This document shows, in pieces, positions 9,231-17,583 of a stretch of DNA of 46,751 nucleotides. Numbering within the stretch: position 1 is the first letter of the stretch; each line of letters starts with the position of its first letter. The translations under genes and the position numbers were made by a program. The notes beneath the pieces were generated by a model. The model ran no database searches, was not told the origin of the DNA, and saw only the letters and a list, made by a program, of their open reading frames with translations. Source of the stretch: Patescibacteria group bacterium (GTDB taxonomy: Bacteria; Patescibacteriota; Minisyncoccia; HO2-45-28); NCBI GenBank assembly GCA_022563755.1, contig JADFMT010000001.1, positions 1 to 46,751 of the forward strand. The letters run 5' to 3'.

Positions 9231-11066
9231 ATGGCTTTACTAGACTTCTTAAAACCGAAAAAGAAGGACGAGGAGGAAAAGATTATTGCGATCGCGCCCG
9301 AGCAGATTTACGAAGCAGCGGTTTTGGAATTGAAAGATATCATCGCTCCCTCTGCTCTTGAGATCAATACCAGTTACATAAAACTGGGCGAGAAAATCGC
9401 GCGCACCTTATTCATTTTTTCCTATCCCAAATTTTTATCCATCAACTGGTTCAGCCCGATCATTAATCTGGACAAGGTTTTTGACATCTCGCTCTTTATC
9501 CACCCGATTGATACCGCAACCGTCCTCAGGCAGCTCCAAAAAAAAGTGGCGGAAGTACAATCTCAAATTCACACGCGCCAGGAAAAAGGAATGGTCCGCG
9601 ATCCCATGCTCGATAGTGCCTACCAAAATTTAGAAGAGCTTCGCGATAAACTTCAACAAGCCCAGGAAAAGCTTTTTTCATTTGGTTTTTATATCACCAT
9701 CTATGCGGACTCGCTGGAAGAACTGAACCGAGAAGAATCTGAAATTCGCTCCATGCTGGAATCTAAACTGGTCTATGCGAAACCGGCTCTTTTTCAACAG
9801 CTGGAAGGGCTGCTTTCCAACTTTCCTTTGGGTACCGACAAGCTCGCAATTAATACCCGATTGAATTCATCGCCAATCTCAAGCATTTTTCCATTTGTTT
9901 CGTTTGATCTTACCTCAAACAAAGGAATTCTTTACGGAATTAATCGCCACAACAACGGCTTGGTGCTTTTTGACCGCTACAGCCTTGAGAATTACAATTC
10001 TGTTCTTTTTGCAAAAAGCGGCTCGGGCAAAAGCTATACGATGAAACTAGAAATCCTCCGCTCTTTAATGTTTGATGTCGACGTGATTATTATTGATCCG
10101 GAGCGCGAATACGAATATCTTGCAGAAGCGGTTGACGGACGCTACTTTAATATTTCTTTGACCTCGCAACATCACATTAATCCATTTGACTTGCCGACTC
10201 CACGCGAAGATGAGGATCCGGCTGACGTGCTTCGCTCAAACATTATCAACCTGGTTGGCCTTTTTCGGATTATGCTCGGTGGTTTAACGCCTGAGGAGGA
10301 TTCTATTTTGGACCGGGCGATTTCCGAAACGTATGCCTCGCGCGACATAACGCCGGATGCGGATTTTACAACAAAGATACCGCCCATCTTGTCAGACCTG
10401 GACCTGGTCCTTGCCAACATGGAAGGAGGGGAATCGCTTGCCCAGCGGCTCCGCAAATACACACAAGGCACATGGGCAGGATTTATTAACCAGCCCACCA
10501 ATGTGGATATTAATAAAAAGTTGATTGTTTTCTCGGTTCGCGATATGGAGGACGAACTGCGGCCCATCGCCATGTATCTCATCATTCACTATATTTGGAA
10601 TGCGATCAGGAAAAACATTAAAAAGCGGCTTTTAGTGATTGATGAGGCGTGGTGGATTATGAAGCATGAGGACGGCGCATCGTTTTTATTCGGAATTGCC
10701 AAGCGCGCGCGCAAATACTTTTTGGGCGTGGCTACGATTACCCAAGACGTGGACGACTTCCTGCGCTCGCCCTACGGGATTCCCATTATCACAAACTCTT
10801 CCATGCAGCTCCTCTTAAAACAATCGCCTACCACGATCGATGTAGTGAAAAAAGCCTTTAATTTAACCGACGAGGAGAAATTTCTTCTTTTGGAATCCGA
10901 TGTGGGCGAGGGGATGTTTTTTGCAGGACTTAAGCATGTTGCGATAAAAATTATCAGCTCGTACACCGAAGATCAAATTATCACCTCTGACCCGCATCAA
11001 TTATTAGCCATAAAGAAGGCAAAACAAGAGTTTGCCCAAACCAATAAAAAAGAAAATGGCGAGTGA
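9231..11066 (+). CDS. VirB4/TrbE-family T4SS ATPase (C-terminal two thirds)
   Basis: 611 aa. Contains IIAPSALEINTSYIKLGEKIARTLFIFSYP (VirB4 middle block), Walker A AKSGSGKSYTMK, Walker B LLVIDEAWW and a conserved ITQ motif (GVATITQDVDDF). Confidence 0.8.
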   Translation: MALLDFLKPKKKDEEEKIIAIAPEQIYEAAVLELKDIIAPSALEINTSYIKLGEKIARTLFIFSYPKFLSINWFSPIINLDKVFDISLFIHPIDTATVLRQLQKKVAEVQSQIHTRQEKGMVRDPMLDSAYQNLEELRDKLQQAQEKLFSFGFYITIYADSLEELNREESEIRSMLESKLVYAKPALFQQLEGLLSNFPLGTDKLAINTRLNSSPISSIFPFVSFDLTSNKGILYGINRHNNGLVLFDRYSLENYNSVLFAKSGSGKSYTMKLEILRSLMFDVDVIIIDPEREYEYLAEAVDGRYFNISLTSQHHINPFDLPTPREDEDPADVLRSNIINLVGLFRIMLGGLTPEEDSILDRAISETYASRDITPDADFTTKIPPILSDLDLVLANMEGGESLAQRLRKYTQGTWAGFINQPTNVDINKKLIVFSVRDMEDELRPIAMYLIIHYIWNAIRKNIKKRLLVIDEAWWIMKHEDGASFLFGIAKRARKYFLGVATITQDVDDFLRSPYGIPIITNSSMQLLLKQSPTTIDVVKKAFNLTDEEKFLLLESDVGEGMFFAGLKHVAIKIISSYTEDQIITSDPHQLLAIKKAKQEFAQTNKKENGE

Positions 11067-11463
11067 AGAAGAGCGCGCTTTCGCGCTTCAAGAGATACGG
11101 AGAGGAGAACCGCAAAAAGAAGACACTGCGAGCAAAGACCGGCAAGCACCAGCCGGACCGCGCATTAATCCTGTTGAGGGGGGAATGATGATGGCATTTG
11201 CGATGCTGAACGACGGCTTGGATTACTTAATCGTTGGATCAATTCCGCTTGTTGGCGATCTCTTAGACGGTATAACGTGGTTTACAATTTCCATGTGGGT
11301 GTGGGTGCGCGGACTTAAAAGACCGCCTTTATTTCTTGGGCTTGGCGCAATCGAATTAATTCCTTTTGGCGATCTTATCCCGACCTATACTCTTATGGTT
11401 ATTGGAATCATAATTTACAATAATCCTCGTTTTGGAAAACTTAGAAAGTTTGCCCATGCTTAA
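11056..11463 (+). CDS. Small membrane protein, function unknown
   Basis: The ORF track gives 11032. ATG 11056 (MASEEERAF...) overlaps the VirB4 stop by only 11 nt. The C-terminal half has 3 hydrophobic helices (LIVGSIPLVGDLL, WFTISMWVWV, LMVIGIIIY). Confidence 0.5.
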   Translation: MASEEERAFALQEIRRGEPQKEDTASKDRQAPAGPRINPVEGGMMMAFAMLNDGLDYLIVGSIPLVGDLLDGITWFTISMWVWVRGLKRPPLFLGLGAIELIPFGDLIPTYTLMVIGIIIYNNPRFGKLRKFAHA

Positions 11464-12463
11464 GATATTTTCCATTTTAATAATAGTCATCCTCGCAGGG
11501 TTTCTGCAACCTCACGCTATGCACGCTCAATTTCTTTCTAACCAAGATGTTGGTTCGGTTTTTATTGAACTCGTTCAGCAATTTTCAGGACCAGTAAAAG
11601 AATTTCAAGGTCCCAATGAAAACTATGTGGCCTGGATAAGAAGCTCGAGCATTGATGTAAATCGCGCGACCATCACCTGGATTCATAATGGAGATACGGT
11701 TGCAAGCGGACTGGGAGTAAAAACCTATCAATTTAGAACCGGCGATGTTGGCGAGCGCGAGTCACTGCGCGCGATCGTTGTAGCAAATGGCGGCAGGCGC
11801 CTTGAAGCATCTCAAGTCTTTCGTATAAATAATGTTGATCTCTTGTGGACGGCAAATACAACCGTTCCGGCCTGGTACAAAGGTAAGGCCTTGGCATCTC
11901 CCCGCTCAATTATTACGGTGAGTGCTTTCCCGGAGATTATGAGAAATGGCTCAAAGACGCCGTCCTCTCAACTCATCTATCGCTGGTCATTAGATGATGA
12001 TTTTATTCCTGAAGAATCCGGGGCAGGAAGAAGAAATTTTTCTTTCCGGGCAGACCTCATTCCGGGCACCGAGCACGAAATAACCATAACTGTATCCGAT
12101 CTGAGTGGTACGCGCGGGGCTCAAAAAACCATTGTGATTCCGGTAGCTGGGCCTAAAGTTCTTTTTTATGAAGAGCGTCCCCTTGAGGGCACGGTGATAG
12201 GTGCGGCCTTAACGAATTTTATTTTGCCTGCCGGCACCCAAAGCACATTTAGAGCGGTTCCATTCTTTTTCACTCGAGGCGCTCCATTATCCTATAAATG
12301 GTTCATTGACGGAGAGGCCGCCCAGGAAGAGGGGCTGCCCGATATTCTTCGCCTTACCGCAGCCATCGGTTCGGGGGGGTTGGTTTCCATATCCACAACG
12401 ATTAATAATGTTCGAAATATTTTGCAGCGAATAAGCGATAGTTTTACCATCGATGTTCAATAA
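11456..12463 (+). CDS. Secreted protein with three ~100-aa internal beta-rich repeats
   Basis: ATG 11456 gives a clean signal peptide MLKIFSILIIVILAGFLQPHAMHA-Q and overlaps the upstream stop (ATGCTTAA). Recurring anchors are ITWIHNGDTVASG, LIYRWSLDDDFIPEESG and LSYKWFIDGEAAQEEG. Confidence 0.55.
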   Translation: MLKIFSILIIVILAGFLQPHAMHAQFLSNQDVGSVFIELVQQFSGPVKEFQGPNENYVAWIRSSSIDVNRATITWIHNGDTVASGLGVKTYQFRTGDVGERESLRAIVVANGGRRLEASQVFRINNVDLLWTANTTVPAWYKGKALASPRSIITVSAFPEIMRNGSKTPSSQLIYRWSLDDDFIPEESGAGRRNFSFRADLIPGTEHEITITVSDLSGTRGAQKTIVIPVAGPKVLFYEERPLEGTVIGAALTNFILPAGTQSTFRAVPFFFTRGAPLSYKWFIDGEAAQEEGLPDILRLTAAIGSGGLVSISTTINNVRNILQRISDSFTIDVQ

Positions 12464-13031
12464 GATTTTCATTATAGTGCTTTTAGTATCGAGCTTTATG
12501 CTGGCAATACATTTTGCTGATGCTGCCCAAGGAATAGTTAAGCAATTTGAAGGGTTTGGGAAAGAACCCGGACAAGCTTTTATCAATTTTCTTGTTTGGC
12601 TTTTCCCGCTCATGCTGGCATCGGCTATGGTTTTAGCGGTTCTTATGATTATTTTCGCTGGGTTTCAATGGATGGCAGGCGCTGTCTCACCTCCTCAAGT
12701 AGAAGAGGCAAAAAAGAAGATTTGGGCTGCGGTTATTGGACTTACGCTTGCTTTAACTTCCTTTTTAATCCTTAAGACCATTAATCCGGATTTAGTGAGC
12801 TTGCGAAATCCCAGAACTCTAGTCGTGCCTAAGCCACCCGAAATTCCTGAAACTCCTGTCACGCAAACTCCATTAGAATGTTATCAGGGTCCGGGCGGAT
12901 TTTTCAACAACCGACAAGATTGTGTACTAGCATTGCCCGCTGGACCAATACGGCAAGCTTGTATAGGAATGGAAGAGAGTCTCCCTGGAGCATTAGAATG
13001 CCTTTGTACACCCACAGGAGCATGCATATAA
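12453..13031 (+). CDS. VirB2/TrbC-like T4SS pilin with Pro-rich linker and 6-Cys C-terminal extension
   Basis: A signal-like N-terminus (IFIIVLLVSSFMLAIHFADA) is followed by two TM helices separated by a short polar loop (LMLASAMVLAVLMIIFAGFQWMAG ... KKKIWAAVIGLTLALTSFLILKTINP), as in T4SS pilins. The start overlaps the previous stop by 11 nt. Confidence 0.55.
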   Translation: MFNKIFIIVLLVSSFMLAIHFADAAQGIVKQFEGFGKEPGQAFINFLVWLFPLMLASAMVLAVLMIIFAGFQWMAGAVSPPQVEEAKKKIWAAVIGLTLALTSFLILKTINPDLVSLRNPRTLVVPKPPEIPETPVTQTPLECYQGPGGFFNNRQDCVLALPAGPIRQACIGMEESLPGALECLCTPTGACI

Positions 13032-13055
13032 TATGAATCCCGTTAGAAGTCTTTG

Positions 13056-13085
13056 GCAGAAAAAAATTTCTTGATTTTTTTCTGC
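13056..13085 (+). terminator. A/T-rich hairpin after the pilin gene (weak intrinsic terminator candidate)
   Basis: gcagaaaaaaa (13056-13066) and tttttttctgc (13075-13085) form a perfect 11-bp stem with an 8-nt loop. Confidence 0.3.
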
Positions 13086-13101
13086 TTGGAAAAACATAGT
13101 G

Positions 13102-13107
13102 TATAAT
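13102..13107 (+). promoter_or_regulatory. TATAAT -10 hexamer (context agtgTATAAT) ahead of the 13167 gene
   Basis: tataat at 13102-13107, 60 nt upstream of the ATG. The same agtgtataat context is seen at the 28894 promoter. No convincing -35. Confidence 0.3.
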
Positions 13108-13166
13108 TAAATCATGCAACCTCTACAAACATATTTTTTGTTCAATAAACACAGACTTCTAACAGG

Positions 13167-14357
13167 ATGAATAAACCACTTGCAATAGGACTTATAATAT
13201 TTTTTATCTTAGTGATTGCCGTTGGGGCCATCTGGTTGGTAGTTCGCCCAGTGCCGGAAATTCCTGCGCCCGAAAGGCCAATTCGCCGTTTTCCGTTTGG
13301 TATTTTTGGCCCGACTGAAGAATTGCCGCCCCCAGAAGTTGAGGCACCTATACTTGAACCAGGAAAACGAGCCTTAACCTTGCTTTCAGCGGAAGCAATA
13401 AGTGGTTTTGCCATTTTGTCTGCCAAGGAAAATTCCACGTCCACTCCTGCCAGCGTCCGATTCATTGAGAAAAGAACTGGCCATGTGTTTGATATTGGAG
13501 GGCAAGGAGAAAATAAAATTCGCATCTCAAACACTACGATTCCTAAAATCTTTGAGGTTAATTGGTCGCCGGATGCCTCTAAAGCCATCTTAAAATATTT
13601 TGAAGGCGAAAATTTGCGTATCGTATCAGCGGTATTTGAGGCCACTTCCACCACCGGAACGATCCTGCCTACAAATATTCTCTCAAGCACTTACGCGCCT
13701 CACCAAGAAAGAATTCTCTATCTTCTCCTTGTAGCGGATGGCGCGCGAACCATTGCTGCAGACCCTGATAATACCGGCCAAAATGAAATTCTTTTCTCAC
13801 CCTTTCAAGAATTTAACATTACCTGGCCGGAAAGAAACACGCTTTCGTATCTGAGTCGTCCTTCCGGAATCGCTCCTGGGTTTCTGTTTGCATATAACCT
13901 GCGGGCCGGTGTCTTTAACAAAGTGATCGGGAATATTTTTGGCCTTGAAGTGCGCTGGTCAAAGGACGGTAAAAATTTACTTTTCTCCGGATACAATCAA
14001 AACACGCGCATCCCTCAGTTATTCCTTTACGATACCCGGGGTAAAATTTCCAAAAATCTGCAAATAAATACTTTCGCGCCCAAATGCGCCTTTTCTGAAA
14101 AGGATGAAAATATAATCTATTGCGCGATTGACGCAAATCTGCCTCCGGCACTCTATCCGGACGAATGGCTGCAAGGCGCAATTTCGACCACGGATTCTCT
14201 TTGGAAAATTAATCTGGAATCTGGAGAGAAGAATCTGCTTGATACCGAAAGAAAATTTTTCGATATAGATCAAATAAGCATTTCAGACGATGATGAATTT
14301 CTCTATTTTGTTGATAAAAAAAATGGCTCCCTATGGAGCCTCAAGTTGAGTGATTAA
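13167..14357 (+). CDS. TM-anchored periplasmic/extracytoplasmic beta-propeller (TolB/PD40-repeat-like) protein
   Basis: An N-terminal anchor IGLIIFFILVIAVGAIWLVV and a Pro-rich linker are followed by PD40-like signatures WSPDASKAIL, WSKDGKNLLFSG and ISDDDEFLYFVD. Confidence 0.5.
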   Translation: MNKPLAIGLIIFFILVIAVGAIWLVVRPVPEIPAPERPIRRFPFGIFGPTEELPPPEVEAPILEPGKRALTLLSAEAISGFAILSAKENSTSTPASVRFIEKRTGHVFDIGGQGENKIRISNTTIPKIFEVNWSPDASKAILKYFEGENLRIVSAVFEATSTTGTILPTNILSSTYAPHQERILYLLLVADGARTIAADPDNTGQNEILFSPFQEFNITWPERNTLSYLSRPSGIAPGFLFAYNLRAGVFNKVIGNIFGLEVRWSKDGKNLLFSGYNQNTRIPQLFLYDTRGKISKNLQINTFAPKCAFSEKDENIIYCAIDANLPPALYPDEWLQGAISTTDSLWKINLESGEKNLLDTERKFFDIDQISISDDDEFLYFVDKKNGSLWSLKLSD

Positions 14358-14389
14358 CTTGCGGGGATTCCTAATAAGCTACAAGCTCG

Positions 14390-14848
14390 TTATAAAGGCT
14401 TAATCACTACTTTTCTTTCCGCGCCCTCGCCCGTACTTTGAGTTGCAATGTCTGGATACTCGGTAAGGGTGGCATGAACCACTCTTCGCTCATATGCGCT
14501 CATCGGTTGCATGGCAACCTCTTTTTTAAAATATCTCACGCGCTGGGCAGAAAGACGAGCTAAGTCTTTTACCTCCTCTATTTTCTGTTTTTGATAGTCA
14601 TTCACATCAACAAAAAATTTGGGAACCTCACTCTGATCCTTCAGCGTGTATTCGGTTATTCTTCGGATAATATGGTTGAGGGCCCGTAAACGCTCGCCAT
14701 TTTCTCCAATAAGCAAGCCTCCGTCTTTTGTGTGGATGCTAAAATATACGTTTTCCGGATATTCAATAAAATCAACTGAGCCTGAACATCCCAATTTTTC
14801 AATTAGGGTTTGAATCATTTCTTGAATTTTCTTGATCTCTTTTTCCAT
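14390..14848 (-). CDS. jag: Jag/KhpB-type KH + R3H RNA-binding protein
   Basis: The C-terminal R3H signature is MQPMSAYERRVVHATLTEYPDIATQSTGEGAERKVVIKP, and it sits immediately downstream of yidC. The annotated start overlaps the yidC 3' end by 50 nt; an internal Met at 14818 would reduce the overlap to 20 nt. Confidence 0.75.
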   Translation of the reverse strand: MEKEIKKIQEMIQTLIEKLGCSGSVDFIEYPENVYFSIHTKDGGLLIGENGERLRALNHIIRRITEYTLKDQSEVPKFFVDVNDYQKQKIEEVKDLARLSAQRVRYFKKEVAMQPMSAYERRVVHATLTEYPDIATQSTGEGAERKVVIKPL

Positions 14849-15578
14849 AAAGTATTTTTGCCTTTCGTCTTACGATTCCTTCGTGCAGTATACTAAACAT
14901 ATTAATCGTTGTCCAATAAAGACTCACGGCCGCAGGAAAACGAAGCGCAATAAAAAAGATGAGCGCCGGCATCATATAGGTCATCTGAAATGTTAACATT
15001 TGACTGAAGTCGCCCGGCCGGCGATCTTTTTTATTTGCGCCCTTACGGGAGGATGATTTAGAAACCTGAGCCCACTTCATCTGCACAAATTGTGAAAGAC
15101 CGGTTAGTACTGCCAAAAAAATACTTGGCTGAGTTAACTCAATGAGCCCCAAAAATTTCGTATGGATAATCTCCGGTAAGGAAACAAAAGAATAAAGATA
15201 TTTAGCTCCGGATGAAATATCATCAATAAAAACAAAATAGAGAGCGATCAGAATCGGAAGCTGAATAAAAAGCATTAAAATGCCGGAGAACGGATTAATG
15301 CCGTGCTTTTTGTAAAGCTCCATGGTCAGACGAGCTTGTTCTTGCCGATCTTTATGGTCTTCTTTGATTTTTCTTAGCTCCGGTTCAACGAATTTCATCT
15401 TTTGTTGAGTTTGAACCGAGCGGTGGGTTAATGGAAACAGCGCCAAACGCACAACGAGCGTGAGGATGATCACGCTCAGTCCTAAATCATGAAACGGTAA
15501 GACGTCGGTTAGAAAAACTAACGCATTGAACAAAGGGCGAAAAAAGATCTCGTTGAATAGAGTGCCAAACCAACTCAT
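14799..15578 (-). CDS. yidC: YidC/Oxa1-family membrane protein insertase (short form)
   Basis: 259 aa and multi-TM, with conserved stretches GINPFSGILMLFIQLPILIALYFVF and AAVSLYWTTINMFSILHEGIV. Classical rnpA-yidC-jag order. Confidence 0.85.
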   Translation of the reverse strand: MSWFGTLFNEIFFRPLFNALVFLTDVLPFHDLGLSVIILTLVVRLALFPLTHRSVQTQQKMKFVEPELRKIKEDHKDRQEQARLTMELYKKHGINPFSGILMLFIQLPILIALYFVFIDDISSGAKYLYSFVSLPEIIHTKFLGLIELTQPSIFLAVLTGLSQFVQMKWAQVSKSSSRKGANKKDRRPGDFSQMLTFQMTYMMPALIFFIALRFPAAVSLYWTTINMFSILHEGIVRRKAKILYGKRDQENSRNDSNPN

Positions 15579-15907
15579 ATGGATTTAAAAAATTTATTTA
15601 ATTTCTTTTTTAACTCTTGAAAAGAAAGGTTTTCTACTCCTTTTTGAAAGGAAATTACAATATCGTAGGATGATTTTACGTGGGGCAATAAAGAATGTAT
15701 AATTTCTCGTGCCCTGCGTCGAAGTTTATTGCGCACGACTGCGCGTTTATCTATCTTTTTAGAGACAAGAATGGCAATCTTAGAATCATGCCTTCTTGAT
15801 GCAATAAAATACATTTTTATCTCTGAATTTATGATTTTCTTTCCGCGGCGAATAACGTTGGGAATCCATGTCCGACTGGATGGGTTAATTTTTTTACTTA
15901 AAACCAT
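15575..15907 (-). CDS. rnpA: RNase P protein component
   Basis: 110 aa and basic, with the RNR-type motif AVVRNKLRRRAREI. Its start codon overlaps the rpmH stop (TAATG), and its stop overlaps the yidC start by 4 nt. Confidence 0.8.
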   Translation of the reverse strand: MVLSKKINPSSRTWIPNVIRRGKKIINSEIKMYFIASRRHDSKIAILVSKKIDKRAVVRNKLRRRAREIIHSLLPHVKSSYDIVISFQKGVENLSFQELKKKLNKFFKSI

Positions 15908-16041
15908 TAAACAGTTAGCTTCTTTCTGCCTTTACGGCGTCTTCTTGTAAGCACCCTTCCTCCGGAAGTCTTTTTACGCTTTAAAAATCCATGCGTTCGC
16001 TTTCTTTTGCGCCGTTTAGGTTGATAGGTTCTTTTGGGCAT
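15907..16041 (-). CDS. rpmH: 50S ribosomal protein L34 (not in the ORF track, below size cutoff)
   Basis: Hand translation of the minus strand gives [44 protein letters not shown] (44 aa, 135 nt including TAA), the canonical L34 sequence pattern, in the canonical position between dnaA and rnpA. Confidence 0.9.
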   Translation of the reverse strand: MPKRTYQPKRRKRKRTHGFLKRKKTSGGRVLTRRRRKGRKKLTV

Positions 16042-16227
16042 ATGAATTCTTTATTCTACAACACATTTAATGGTTTAACAATATTAACAAACCGTCCCCA
16101 GATTATTAACATAATAGCAAGGTTTAGTAAAAATTAAAGTTATTTTAGAGTGCGCTATACTTTAATATAATAGACATTATCATAAATAATAATTATCTTG
16201 TTACTTGCTAATCAAAAACACATACCT

Positions 16228-17583
16228 ATGACTAAAGAAGAGCTTTGGAAATTAGTTCTTCGGGAACTGGAGCTTGAAGTTTCTAAAGCAAATTTTGCCA
16301 CGTGGTTTCAACATACGCTTATTGCTGATCACGCGGATGGCAGAGTGACGATTGGTACTCCGTCGGCATTTGTTAAAGAGTGGTTAGAAAATAAATATCA
16401 AAAACCTATTCTTAAATCTTTGCGGTTGCATGCCCCGGACGTTCGAGGAATAGAATTTTCAATTACTTCTCAAAAAGCCGCGCCTACTACAAAATCAGCG
16501 CTCCCGAAGCCTCAAGAGGAGCAATTAGATTTTCGCGAACTATATGTCGATAAAAAAACCAATCTAAATCCGCGCTACACGTTTGAAAATTTTATTGTTG
16601 GGACTTTCAACGAACTTGCATCCGCATGTGCACATGCAATTGTCAAAAGCCTTGGCACCCTCTATAATCCTCTTTTTATCTATGGGGGAGTGGGGTTGGG
16701 AAAAACCCATCTCTTGCAGGCAATTGGAAATAAATTAAAAGAAGAACAGCCAGCCAAAAAAATCTACTATGTGAGCGCGGAACGGTTTGCTAATGAGCTC
16801 GTCTCAGCTATTCGAAATAATGAAACGCCTATTTTCAAAGACAAATACCGCTCTTTTGATGTATTAATTATTGACGATATCCAATTTATTTCAAATCGAA
16901 CATCGACTCAGGAAGAGGTTTTCCACACCTTCAACACAATGTACGAATTAAATAAGCAAATTGTTTTTTCTTCAGATCGTCCTCCGAAATCAATCCAAAA
17001 TCTTGAAGAACGTCTTCGCTCCCGCTTTGAGGGAGGCATGATTGCGGATATCTCAGAACCAGATTACGAAACACGTCTTGCGATATTGCAGACAAAAGCC
17101 TCTCAAAAACAAGAATATGTCCCTAACTTAGAAATTCTTGAATATATCGCTTCGGTAGTCCGTTCAAACATTAGAGAACTGGAGGGAGCGCTGAATACCG
17201 TTGTAGTTGGGTCCAAAATAAAAAAGCGGCACTTATCTTTAGATGAAGTGAAAAATGCTCTGAGTAAAAATACGAAGCCGAAGAAAATTCTTCATGCCGG
17301 ACAAATTATACAGTTGGTTGCTCGTTTTTACGATGTTCCGGAAAAGTATCTTTTTGAAAAAACCAGGAGAAAAGAGGTAGTGCGTCCACGCCAAGTCGCA
17401 ATGTACCTCTTGCGAGAAGATTTTAATGGCTCGTATCCTTATATCGGTCAAAAATTTGGCGGGCGTGATCATACCACTGCCATCCATGCATGTGTTAAAA
17501 TCGCAAGGGATGCAAAAAAAGACGAGCGTTTAAAAGAAGAGTTGAAGTTAATCCGTGAACAGCTTTATGAAGCTGAAAAATAG
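16228..17583 (+). CDS. dnaA: Chromosomal replication initiator DnaA
   Basis: Contains Walker A GGVGLGKTHLL, VLIIDDIQF, sensor/box VII region and the C-terminal DNA-binding signature RQVAMYLLRE...GRDHTTAIHA. The ORF track begins at TTG 16198; ATG 16228 (MTKEELWKLV) is the more likely start. Confidence 0.95.
   Translation: MTKEELWKLVLRELELEVSKANFATWFQHTLIADHADGRVTIGTPSAFVKEWLENKYQKPILKSLRLHAPDVRGIEFSITSQKAAPTTKSALPKPQEEQLDFRELYVDKKTNLNPRYTFENFIVGTFNELASACAHAIVKSLGTLYNPLFIYGGVGLGKTHLLQAIGNKLKEEQPAKKIYYVSAERFANELVSAIRNNETPIFKDKYRSFDVLIIDDIQFISNRTSTQEEVFHTFNTMYELNKQIVFSSDRPPKSIQNLEERLRSRFEGGMIADISEPDYETRLAILQTKASQKQEYVPNLEILEYIASVVRSNIRELEGALNTVVVGSKIKKRHLSLDEVKNALSKNTKPKKILHAGQIIQLVARFYDVPEKYLFEKTRRKEVVRPRQVAMYLLREDFNGSYPYIGQKFGGRDHTTAIHACVKIARDAKKDERLKEELKLIREQLYEAEK

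Noticed and set aside
11064-11066. Possibility of UGA recoding (code 25, as in some candidate phyla)
   Set aside because: TGA ends the VirB4 ORF and murE (38637-39) exactly where the next gene starts. All housekeeping proteins have normal lengths under code 11.
14799-14848. 50-nt yidC/jag overlap as a sign of frameshift or fusion
   Set aside because: The two ORFs are in different frames and each has a complete domain. An internal Met (14818) in jag shortens the overlap, so ordinary start-site ambiguity is more likely.
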